A stretch of DNA of 64,000 nt from the NCBI RefSeq assembly GCF_036321535.1, contig NC_087436.1, positions 44,332,001 through 44,396,000 on the forward strand, given 5' to 3'. Position numbers and translations under genes: made by a program. Positions 11,761 through 23,061 of this stretch are shown here, in pieces. The first letter of the stretch is position 1. Every line of letters begins with the position of its first letter. The notes under the pieces were generated by a model. That model did no database searches and was not told the origin of the DNA. It saw only the letters and a list, made by a program, of their open reading frames with translations. The stretch is from Camelus dromedarius. Taxonomy: Eukaryota.

Positions 11761-14043
11761 TAGGAGACGTACATACATGCATCCGTATGTTCACATTTGT
11801 TTCAGGTCAATACAAACTACCTTCAGAAATCAGGTTAAGTTATATAATGTGCTCAGCTGCCAGATGTAATTCATTAGGGAGTGGTGCCAATTAGGTGACA
11901 GGGAGAGCACATACCAAGACATAAACTCAAATATTGAAAAAAAAAATAGTTGTATGGATACACTTCTTCAGCCTCAGCTTTGTTTATGGGATAAATTTGG
12001 CTTATTGTCTCTTCATCTGCATATTCTGGTATGCCTAATTATATTGGATGGGGCGATTTTATTTAAAACAAAACATTTGTAATTGCTTTTTGCTTTCTGA
12101 GAGGATGGCAAAAATGATGTATACTTTTATTGGGAAAGAGATTGGAGTGGGATGAGAAACAAAAGACTGAACTTTCAAAGCTTCTATTAATTTTTCTATG
12201 TTTAACTCAAACCATTGGATTATTTGCTTATCAGATATGATTTGATCTCTGAACTTTTGGAAAGCTAACTTCCTGTGCAAATATGTAGTAGTGAGTCTTG
12301 GGGGTGGCAACTGAGGTGAGTGAAATTAGAAATTAGAGACCTTATCTTTGTTGAGAAGTAAAATGATGAGAAGTAAAGTTTGCAACAATATGTATATAAG
12401 TTTAAATATTATTTTAAAAATAGACTTTTACCTGAAGGGGAAAAATACTTGTATTAAAGTAAAACAAAATCTGCAGAACTCTACTTATAAGTAAAATGAA
12501 ATTACATAAACCAGTACCCACCAAATTGTGTCTGTCCTAGGAAATAAGCTTTTGGTTCTTTGCATTGTTTAATTCAGCAGTGTACAATATCTTTTACATA
12601 GACTTGGAAACAAATCAACTAACAGTAAATTTATCACCAAGGAATGATTGCATAGGTGCCATATGAGATAGCTTAGGACCCCTTACCATGATATTAAGAC
12701 ATGCCAAGAAAAGGACCTGGAAGTACAGGCTTGAACTCCCATGGCAGAGAACAGCCTCAAGACAGGGTGAATAACTCAACACACGAGAGGGCTCCATGAG
12801 AGATGAATTCGTGCAGTGCCTTTCACACAGAGGCCACCACCCACAGCCTGTTGGTGTTAACCAGAAGAGTAGCATAAACCAGAATAAAGCAACAGGGAGC
12901 CCTGTCACAGTGTGGGAACCCTGAAGGGAGTTTGGATGGAGAGAAAAAGGAAATGAATGAAAAAGGTTATGTTTTAGTTTGTTTCTGTTTTGTGTAAATC
13001 TAAATAAGCACTGTGTTTTAAGGGGTGGTTCTCAACTGGGTGCAGCATGAACATAAAAAGCACTTTCAGTATTTATCAACTCCTCCATTTCACTCTTTAG
13101 GGATGTTACAGACAGATTCAGCAACCTTTGGACACTTGACTGATAAGTTTTGGACAGTGCAGTGTAAAGAGGTGGCATGTGCAGTTTCGAGGAGGTTCTT
13201 TAAAGGAGAGGACATGCTATTTTCTGAGATAAGGCAGAACGGAATGGCCCTGAAAACAGAGCAACAGGAAAATGTTAGGGCAGCTTTCCTGGGGGAAGCA
13301 GAGCTAGGTAACAAGGCAAGAAGCTAGATTTATCAGAAAAATGGGTGAAATTCATACTAGTGGAGTTACCAAACTGCCAAGTATGTATAAGTAGTTTTCT
13401 TGTCACTGGCCCAAACTTTCAGTTAAGTTGACTATAAACAAAAAAAGTCCTTTATGAGCAGTTGTTAGATAAATGAAGAAACAGATCTGTGTCCCAAGTC
13501 TGGACCTATGCACAGTGGAAAAAGGAGAATGAGATGGAAAGCAAGAATCTAATCAGATTCAGGGGCAGGAACAAGGCTACCGCGAATCCTGAGAAGGAAA
13601 GGAATTTCCCAGAAGTCTTGGGGAGGCCACTGAACCTTTTTGCCTGACATGTAACGTGGGCATTTGCCAATTTTATTTTTGACAGGAAGATGACTTTAGC
13701 TGACATCTGGATGTTATTTATTCTATTATTAAAAATAGTTATAACCTTGTTTTTGTTTATTTGCTCTGGCAAAGGTTGTAATTTATTACTATAATTGTGT
13801 TTCTGTTATTTACTCATATATTTGACAGTCTTGTTTTATGTATGGTGTTGTTATACTATTTGAGACATTAAAATTCATGGCTATTACAACTTTTTTGCCT
13901 AAATTTTATTAGGTAAAATTTCTCTTTGCTTACCCAAGAACATGATGTACTCTTTCATTTGTTTGGATCTTCTTTTGTATCTCTCAGGCAATTAAAAAGT
14001 ATTTCTTTGGAGAGCTTAATATTTCTTCTTAGATGTTCCAAGG

Positions 14044-14484
14044 TGTGACAGAGACTTGTAGTTGTCCCCAGTATCATTTCTCTCCTTCTTTGCCTGCAGT
14101 GGAAGCCCTGAATTTTAGCTGGCACTTGGCTCCCAAGATAGAAAGCTTTATTTTTCAGCTTCCCTTGTAGTCAGGCTTGGTCTTGCCTAAGTTTTGGACA
14201 GTGCGATATAAATGGAGGTGATATGTGCAGTTTTGAGGCGTGTTCTTTAAAGGAGAAGGCTTGTTCTTCTTTTTCCTCTTTCTTGCGGTAAGAATGGGGC
14301 ACTGTGGCTGGACCAGAAAGCTGGAAGGAGCCTGGGACCCTTAGGGACCTGTGGAACTGCTACTCTAGTCTCGGGCTTCTGACCAGTGGACTTTTCACAT
14401 TAAACAATAACCACTTGTGTGTCTCAGCCACTGTTTATTTGGGTTTTATGTTGCATGTAGCCAGACCTAATGCTAATTTACATA
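14044..14484 (+). mobile_element. MaLR solo LTR, MLT1J-like
   Basis: Starts TGTGACAGAGAC. Contains TTTTAGCTGGCAC, CAGCTTCCCTTGTAG, AGCTGGAAGGAGCCTGGG, AGCCACTG..TTTGGGTTTT..GTAGCCA near the end. Confidence 0.8.
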
Positions 14485-14629
14485 GCAGGCATTTAAGGAA
14501 ATCTCTTTTTATTGGTATTATAAATGAGATATTCTCCCCACTGTGTCTTCTAATTGATTATTTTTTCTATGTATAAGTTGGTATATTCACTTTGTGTCTT
14601 ACTACATGACTGAATTTTCATATTGTGTG

Positions 14630-15340
14630 CAGTGGTTAGGGAACAAGGATGGAACACAGAAGAAAGGGAAGTGCTGGTTTATGTGATAGCTTTAGCACTT
14701 GAAAGAGTTGGGGCACTGTGTTTATTGTAACAATAGTGGAGATGATTTGCATTTGTTTACTGCTACAGAAGTTTCACACAAAAAGAATGACAGGGTCAGA
14801 GAGAATAACTACTTGTTTAAGGCACTTCAGCAGAAAGCTTACAGAGCAACATTTAAAGAGAGTCTCATCTCCTGCAACTAGAGAGCCACCTGTACTGAAA
14901 ACGAGGCCTGACATTTGATGATAAGACTGGCAGAGTTACAGGAGATTGAATTAATAGTCCTAGCTGGTCTCAGATGCTAAAGTCAAAGACCTGGTATAGG
15001 GACATTTGGGCAGATGCTCTTGAGAACCACAAACCCACAGATTCCTGTGAAAATCTCAGGCTGGCTAAACCACCTCCTCCTGCTAGAGGACAGCATGGAG
15101 GCAAAGGCCTCTCTGAAGCAGATTTCTTGAAAAATATGTTTATTCTTCTCATGCTCTTTTACTACTTACCCTTAACTTTTCTAAGTCAGTGGAGCCAGGT
15201 GTCAGTGTGGTCTGTCCCGGGAAGAACTGCTTCTTCAGGTGGTGTGTGCTGCAGGGTATGGCTCATACTTACCAGCAGGAAGCAGAAAAAAAACCAGATA
15301 GTAATGGATCTTGAAGATGCTCGACTAGGAGGGGGAGACA
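14630..15340 (+). mobile_element. ERVL internal remnant (decayed gag-like region)
   Basis: Translated pieces KKNDRVRENN...ATFKESLISC (ORF 14699) and WYRDIWADALEN (ORF 14974) resemble ERVL Gag motifs (KENDxLR...LKESLISC; WxGDIWED). A purine run AGGAGGGGGAGAC (PPT-like) lies near 15327-15339. Confidence 0.65.
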
Positions 15341-15429
15341 CAAAGCTGAGTAGCGGAGGGCTTTGCCTTTCGTCTTTTTCTCCTCTTTCCATCAAACTTT
15401 GTTAAATACATTTGGTTTTGCTTTTATCT

Positions 15430-15960
15430 AGAGTGTAGGGTTTGCAGTCAGGTGTTTAAGGTGATTGGGATCTGGCAAGAGTGCTATGAAAGAAAGGAGA
15501 TCATTTACATGTTGGAAGAGCCCTGTAGATACACCCGTGGACTGGTGGTCTAACGAGGCCAAAACATTGTTTCAGGGGAGAAGTTGAACAAGGTGGAAGG
15601 AGAAGTTGTCGTGAGAAAGCAAAATACTTGAATGAGTGCTTTTGGAGGTGGAACAATTGTGGATGATGACAAAAACGGATTTGGGTTGTGGGTATCTGAG
15701 TTGGAAGTGGAAGAGAAAGTTACTTGGAACCGGTAGACCAGGTAACTAACTGCAGGGCTGGTTTTGCTGGAACACCGAAGCCCTTCAGGGGGATGGCAGG
15801 CTTTAACGTGGAGAAGAAGACTGTGGGCCAGGTGACACAGGCATCCATTTCATTTGACTACAGTAACAAGAAAGGGGCAGAGAGTATAACAAAAATGCAT
15901 GAGTCTCAAAGAGCAGGTTCTTTATGAAGGGTGAAAATAATAATGGTCTGGAAGCAAAGA
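15430..15960 (-). mobile_element. L2 internal (ORF2-region) fragment
   Basis: GGATGGCAGG..GTGGAGAAGAAGACTGTGGGCCAGGTG..., GAGTCTCAAAGAGCAGG..AATGGTCTGGAAGCA are typical of antisense L2 body sequence. Confidence 0.6.
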
Positions 15961-17609
15961 TACATTCTGTAGAGTTCTGAATCCATAGGAAGACAATGAA
16001 AGAGAATATATTTTCTTCCTCCATTCTTTTGGGTAGGCAGATTTTTTTCTCTCTATACAGTTAGATCAATCTTATTGTTTGTAAAAATTCCTCCCAAATT
16101 CCAGCAATATCATTTCTGTCAGTATGAATATATTTCAAGTGGGAAGTTGTGAGAGGTCAATTTGTGGGGCTGCCAACCCACTGCCATTTTAAGTGGAAGT
16201 TTAAATAAAATCTTTATCGTATATGTCAGCACATTATATATATGTCAGTGGGAAGCTATTTTCAGTTTATATAAATTTTAAGATTTTATAATCTTCAGTT
16301 ATTAATGGCTTGAGACAATAGTGATGCCAATAAAACTAGACAATTTAATAAAAAAAAATTATAACCAGACTTTTAAAAAACAAATCTGATTATTCAAAAT
16401 GACTGATGTGCTATTTCAATATTAGTTTAAAAGCAAAATTTTCTGCCTTTCAGAGTTTTCCATGACAGCTGTTTTCTTTTATTTCTATTTTTGCTTGTTA
16501 TTCCATAGAAAACAATAAACAGAAACTTCTAAAACAGATGGCTACTATTGTATTTTGTAGTTTTTTTAAAAAATATACGACCCAAAACATCTGCCATAAT
16601 CTGGATTAAGTTCTCAGAAATGATTTGGAGTTGATGTTTCCCAGCTGGAAATGATAATGGTGTTCACATAGTGACTAGGCCAACACTAAGGTGAGCATTG
16701 TGCTTCTGTGGAAACATTTGAAGAAATTCTTAAAGGGTTCTGTTCTCATCTCTGTGGGAAGGTAGCAATTATCCTCCATGAGTACCTCCTGGGCTTCTAA
16801 AAGCAAAGACACCCAAAGCAAGATTTTGAGTAATTTGAGAAACTCCCTCATAGAGTAGAAATACAGTGACTTTATTCGCATGAATAAAATTGTTAGAACA
16901 ATTCTGTGCATGCCTGCTGTGCTTTTGAAGGATAACCTTTTTTTTTTCTGCTAAGCCTTCTAGTAATTGTCATTTTTAAAAGGAATAACATTTTGCTTTC
17001 CTTTTTAACTCAATCAGTTTGGTCTTAGATATTCATACAATATTGGAACCAAACTTGAAATTAGGACTAGAAGTTGTGAGATGAATTTAACCTGGGAAAA
17101 GCCTGATGGTGGCATTCTTGTTGCATTTAAATGTGATGAAACTACTACAAAAGAAGATTCATTTCTGGATTCATTTTTGGTGCATTTCTAAAGCTCTCCT
17201 TTTATCTCCCCCATGTTTTAAAGTCTCCAGAAAGAGACCACTCTGAAGCAGCTTTTAAATGGTGCACTTAAATTCACACTTTATTCTACTCTATCCATTC
17301 TGCCAGAATGTGTCCTTAGAGTATCACTTTGACCAGATCACTCTGTTGTTCAGTGTCCATCACTCTGCTGTTCGGTGTCCATTATTCAGAGAATATAATG
17401 CAAACATCATATTCTGACCATTAAGGCCCTCTATAGTCTGGGTTTTTCAAACTGTGATATATGGTTAATTGCCTTTTCAAGTCTTAGTAACATTTCTGCC
17501 TAAACATTGGGAAATGTTCAGCAACAATCATAGTACTTGCTTCTATAGGATGTGATTTTTTTAGGTCAGTTATGTCTCTCTGGGATATATACTTGTTAAA
17601 AAAAGTTAT

Positions 17610-18390
17610 TATTTAACTTTTTGAAAGTATACCAAAGTCTTGTGCATGAAATTGCACCACCTAGATCCTTGCTCAGTGGATCCTTGTGACCAGCAATTCT
17701 GCTCCTTTGGTATGTTTTCAACAAAGTTGAATCTATATTCCAACTGAAAGAGATGTACAGGAATATTCAAAGAAGCATTATTTGTAATGGTCCAGAGGAA
17801 AGATAGTCTCTTGTAGCTATACGTAGAATTTATAAAATCTAAATTGCTCATAAAAGCAATTATCCTTCAATTATAAACGTTCACTAATAAAAAATGGATA
17901 TAGATGTATCTTGGTATATTTTGTGTGTGTTTTAATGGAGGTGCTGGGGATCAAACCCAGGACCTCCATGCATGCTAAGCACACACCTTACCGCTGGGCT
18001 ATACTCCCAACCCCAATCTTGGTATATTTATAAAATTGATTATTTTACAGCAATAGAAATAAATTACTGCTACATGCAACAACATGAGTGCATTTTCTAA
18101 ATATTACATTGAGTAAAAGAAGCCAGAAATATAAAAAAATATATGCTATAAAATTTAATTTGTGTGAAGGTAAAAAATAGGAAATGGTGTTAGAAGTCAA
18201 AGTAGTAAGTAAGGGGTGGGTGTGATTGGCAAGTGGCAAAATAGGGTTGTCTGGGTGCTGGGGGTAATCTAGTTTTTGCCCTGGGTAATAATGGTTGTAT
18301 CATAAGTTCATTTTGTAATAAGTCATCAAACTATTCATTTACATGCTTCTTTCTGAATCTAGGCTGTTTTTAAATCAAAAGTTTATTAAC
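17610..18390 (+). mobile_element. Old L1 (L1ME/MD-like) 3' fragment, interrupted by a SINE
   Basis: TGACCAGCAATTCTGCTCCT, GATGTACAGGAATATTCAAAGAAGCATTATTTGTAAT, TACTGCTACATGCAACAACATGAGTG, TTGAGTAAAAGAAGCCAGA. Confidence 0.75.
17922..18015 (-). mobile_element. tRNA(Ala)-derived SINE, camelid (Vic-1-like), second copy
   Basis: TTTAATGGAGGTGCTGGGGATCAAACCCAGGACCTCCATGCATGCTAAGC...GCTATACTCCCAACCCC is the reverse complement of the 8214 element. Perfect 14-bp TSD ATCTTGGTATATTT at 17908-17921 and 18016-18029. Confidence 0.92.
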
Positions 18391-19649
18391 AAAAACTATA
18401 AAAACAGGTTTGATTTTTATTTTTAAGAATCAGCTTTTGTTCAGAATATCGAAGGTGAACTAGAGTGATTTGAAATACATGTTTCAATCTTACCATCATA
18501 ACAAGAGCAGGGGGAGATTGCAAAAAAACAGTCTTTTGCAAACAAAATGAGGAAATAAGACTGACTAAATTAAAAGCACAGAAGCAGTTCTGTAAGAGAA
18601 AGCCATGATCCTCAAAGACACAGAGACAGAAAAGGGAAAATAGGGTATTAAAGTCCAGTATAAATTGGAAAAAGAGGAGAAAAAAAGAGGAAACATACCG
18701 AGGATTAAACTCTCTTTAAAGAAGGGACTGGAAAAGTTGGGGGACAGGTAGATTTTAGTTGTCACTCTTCAGAAACTATGAATTTGTCCCAGAGAAATTT
18801 AACAGAGGAATGAGATGAAGATCATGGAGTGCAGACTGGGATGACTTCCAATAGAAAGATTAAGGAGATTAATGTAAAGTGGTCTCTTAAATCTTCACAC
18901 ATTCTTCCTAGTTAGTACTCCCCACAAAAGTAAGTATGTTGTGTTAAACATGGAGAGATTGCTACACCACGTGTTATAGATTTGGGTGAAGGTAACTTGA
19001 AGGATCAATGTAAAATTCTCAAAGAATATCCCGGTAAGTTTCAAGGTAAGAGTTATGGCAAGTGGCTCTGCAGGTCCTAGCAGGACTACAAGCTTGATTC
19101 AAATTAGGTGATCTGTGCAGCTGTGAGGGGCTAAGAGTCTGGGAATTAAGACAGCCTAAGGAATGTGGGGTACTTTGACTTTCAGTGATGGGACTAGCTT
19201 AACAAGGGATATAGGACATGATGGTATTAGTCTTAAAGTTCTCTCAGGAACATGTAGATGGTCAGATCTAATTATATCATCCTTCAAAGGATTGTTAAGC
19301 AATTGCACTGGTGATGTTAGGAGTTCTTGGGGGTGAAGAGTGAGTGGCTTCACTGGGAACAGTGGGGAGTGCTGAGTACCCTACAGTTGTGTTGGCAGTG
19401 CAGAGTTAAGGGAGCAAGGTGTCATGCTGAACACTTGGAGTTCTGTGGTTCCTCCTCCCAACTCAGTCTTCTGTGGACAATTTCAAGGTGAGGAGCATGC
19501 CTTGGATCCTATGAAAGAGAGTTGTGGCTAGTAGAGGCCCATTGTTACTGGGAGGAAATCTAATTCCTTAAATCAACCAATTAAATAGCAAACTATATTA
19601 TTATACCAACGAATGTTGAAAGACACTTAATAAAACCCAGCAACTCTTT

Positions 19650-21343
19650 TTTTTTAAACATTTTTTATTGAGCTATAGTCATTTTACAGTGTTGTGTCAA
19701 ATTCCAGTGTAGAGCACAATTTTTCAGTTATACATGAACATACATATATTCATTGTCATGTTTTTTTTCACCGTGATCTACCACAAGACCATGTATATAT
19801 TTCCCTGTGCTATACAGTATAATCTTGTTTATCTATTCTGTCTACACCTGTCAGTATCTGCAAATTTTCAAATCCCAGTCTGTCCCTTCCCACTCCCCTC
19901 CCCCTCGGCAACCACAAGTTTGTATTCTATGTCTATGAGTCTGTTTCTGTTTTGTATTTATGTTCATTTTTTTTTTTTGATTCCACATATGAGTGATCTC
20001 ATATGGCATTTTTCTTTCTCATTCTGGCTTGCTTCACTTAGAATGACATTCCCTGGGGACATCCATGTTGCTGCAAATGGTGTTATGTTGTTGTTTTTTA
20101 TGGCTGAATGGTATTCCATTGTATAAATACACCACCTCTTCTTTATCCAGTCACCTGTTGATGGACATTTAGGCTGTTTCCATGTCTTGGCTATTGTAAA
20201 TAGTGCTGCTATGAACATTAGGGTGCAGATGTCTTTTTGAAATAGGGTTCCTTCTGGATATATGCCCAGGAGTGGGATTCCTGGGTCATATGGTAAGTCT
20301 ATTCCTAGTCTTTTGAGGAATCTCCATACTGTTTTCCACAGTGGCTGCACCAAACTGCATTCCCACTAGCAGTGTAGGAGGGTTCCCTTTTCTCCACAGC
20401 CTCTCCAGCATTTGTCATTTATGGACTTTTGAATGATGGCCATTCTGACTGGTGTGAGGTGATACCTCATCGTAGTTTTGATTTGCATTCCTCTGATAAT
20501 TAGTGATATTGAGCATTTTTTCATGTGCCTATTGATCATTTGTATTTCTTCCTTGGAAAATTGCTTGTTTAGGTCTTCTGCCCATTTTTGGATTGGGTTG
20601 TTTTTTTCTTATTATGTCACATGAGCTGCTTGTATATTCTGGAGATCAAGTGTTTGTCAGTTTCATCGTTTGCAAAAATTTTCTCCCATTCCATAGATTG
20701 TCTTTTTGTTTTACTTAATGGTTTCCTTTGCTGTGCAGAAGCTTGTAAGTTTAATTGGGTCCCTTTTATTTATTCTTGCTTTTAGTTCTATTGCTTGGGT
20801 AGACTGCCCTAGGAGAGCATTTTTGAGATACATGTGAGGTAATGTTTTGCCTCTATTTTCTTCTAGGAGGTTTATTTTATCTTGTCTTATGTTTAAGTCT
20901 TTGATCCATTTTGAGTTTATTTTTGTGTATGGTGTGTGGGAATGTTCTAGCTTCATTGATTTACATGCTGCTGTCCAGTTTTCCCCACACCATTTGCTGA
21001 AGAGACTGTGTTTATTCCATTGTATATTCTTGCCTCCTTTGTCGAAGATTAGTTGACCAGAAGTTTGTGGGTTCATTTCTGGGTTCTCTATTCTGTTTCA
21101 TTGGTTCATATGTCTGTTTTTGTACCAATACCATGCTGTCTTGATTACTGTAGCTCTGTAGTATTGTCTTAAGTCTGGGAGAGTTATTCCTCCAGCCTCT
21201 TTCTTTCTCTTCAGTAATGCTTTGGCAATTCCAGGTCTTTTGTGGTTCCATATAAATTTTATTATGATTTGTTCTATTTCTGTGAAATATGTCCTGGGTA
21301 ATTTAATAGGGATTGCATTAAATCTGTAGATTGCCTTGGGTAG
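19650..21343 (-). mobile_element. Young 5'-truncated L1 (LINE-1), ~1.7 kb
   Basis: Has a poly(T) tail, TTTATT poly(A) signal, 3'UTR and ORF2 C-terminal sequence. Perfect 13-bp TSD CCAGCAACTCTTT at 19637-19649 and 21344-21356. Confidence 0.97.
19964..21343 (-). pseudogene. L1 ORF2p C-terminal remnant (disrupted)
   Basis: ORF 20711-21076 (GQLIFDKGGKNIQWNK.SLFSKWC.ENW...PYTKINSKWIKDLN) and ORF 19964-20353 ([28 protein letters not shown]...MFIAALFTIAKTWKQPKCPS) are classic L1 ORF2p C-terminal motifs. There is no EN or RT core. Confidence 0.93.
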
Positions 21344-22059
21344 CCAGCAACTCTTTCTTATCTAAAACTCTAAGTGAAAAGGAAGAGAACAAGTTAATTT
21401 TATCTCAACAGTAAATAACAAAATAAATGACATAATATTAAGCTATTTCCAGAAAAAGCAGGACAAATATTGGGATACTCACTTTCATCCCTATGTAAAT
21501 GCTTTTAAAGAGATTTTGGCTAGTGCAATAAGAAGTGAAACAATAATGTAAATATTAGGTCGATTTAATCTCTATTTCAGATGATAAAAATCCAAAAGAT
21601 TTTCTTAAAAACTTACTAAAATTTAAAGAAAATTTGGCAGATTGGCTAGATAAAACAATCAATATGCAAAAATCTATAGAAATTCTTTGGATTGAGAAGA
21701 ACAATTTAAAAATGGAAACAGAAAGAGATCTCACTTGAAGTAGGGATAAAAGAAATTTAACAAGCATGGTATTTCCTGTTTGAAAAAAAATTAAAAACAT
21801 TACCGGAGGACATATATAAACCTTAAACTAATATAGAGACTTGTTTCCCAGGGAAAATAGTTAATATTATAAAAATATTAAATTTCATAAATATATCACC
21901 TCAGTCAGAATTCCAGTAGAGAGGAATTTTCAATTACTGGAATGAATTAAAGTAAAAGTTTTCGTATCAAAGTATTACTGTCTGAAATTAGCTATATCAG
22001 CTTGAAAAAGAGGAGCCTAGAGTACTTGGTTTACCAAATATTAACTGCTACCATAATTC

Positions 22060-23061
22060 TGTAATTTGACTGTGCAAGGTAGTCTGATTGCTATGCCCAC
22101 CAACCCTCAAGTTTTAGCAGCCAGACACAGTTAGTTTATACTCTTGTATCAGATGATGAGGGCAGAAGTCTCTTTTCTAGCCATCAGTCAGGGATATGCT
22201 ATATCATTAAGGAGACTGGAACTACACCAGTAATTTGAACTAGGAAAATTTAAACTGGAGATTTATTCACTAGTGGGATTAATATCTAAGGTGTAGAGAG
22301 AACTCTGAAGAATAGAGGAATAATAGATATGAGGAGCAGTCACTACTTCTAAAGGCTAAGGCAGAGTACTCAAGGAAGGAGTAAACTTGGTAGACCCTCC
22401 CCTCAGGATCCCCAAAGCTGAATCAGAGCTCTTTGGAGGAATTGTGGCTGTGGCCCATGGGAAGGTGGAAAGGTCTGCTGAGAGGCCACAGGCTGGGGCT
22501 GGCAAGCAGGACACTGCCTGCTGTGCCAGAAAGATTCACAGAGAAGCTGCCTGTGGAGGCGCCAGGGAAGCTTGCAGGGAGAGTGAGAGCCACTAGGTGT
22601 TTGACGTGCTGTTTCCTGCCAAGGGCTGCACCAGTCAATAGGAAAACCCACCTTGGAACCAAGATGCGAAGCCCCTACATCTTAGCATGTCCCTCTGACA
22701 CCTGCTGACAAGCTTAACCTTGTGCCAACTGTCCAAGTTGAAGTGTTTGTTTACACAGTCCAGCTCCTAGGTAGCAAAGCAGGGCAAAGAGGGGTAGATT
22801 TGGTGCTGAAAGGCACTGCATTGACAGACCAGCACCCCTCTGTTCCTTCTGTGTTATGGCTCTTCCTTCACCTCAGAGTCTTCATTCATCTAGTGAATGA
22901 CAAAAAGATGAAGTCCCACTTTTTCTAAACTTCCTTGGTGAGTAGTCACTAATCATGTGGCCTCACCTAAATGCAAGAAGAATGAGAAATGTCTTCTAGT
23001 GGTGAACCCAGGAAGATGAGGAAAACACAGATACTGATGAGCAGTTGTCATCTCTGCCACA
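22060..23061 (-). mobile_element. MaLR LTR (MLT1J/K-like), interrupted by another LTR
   Basis: The distal part CATGTGGCCTCACCTAAATGCAAG..GAGAAATGT..TCTAG..CCCAGGAAGA...CATCTCTGCCACA matches a reversed MLT1 start. The proximal part at 22060-22195 is more degenerate. Confidence 0.6.
22196..22834 (-). mobile_element. ERVL-class solo LTR (LTR41-like)
   Basis: ACTACACCAGTAATTTGAAC..GAGAACTCT..GGAGCAGTCACTAC..GGCAGAGTACTCAAGGAAGGA..., TGACAAGCTTAAC..TGTGCCA..GTCCAGCTCC..AAAGCAGGGCAAAGAGGGGTAGATTTGG match a recalled LTR41-type consensus. Confidence 0.65.

Noticed and set aside
19734..21251. Plus-strand ORFs (19734, 20588, 20847) and the off-frame minus-strand ORF 21012-21251
   Set aside because: These are antisense or alternate-frame translations of L1 sequence.
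22387..22928. Cluster of five overlapping ORFs
   Set aside because: They lie in a GC-richer LTR with few stop codons; there is no coding signature.
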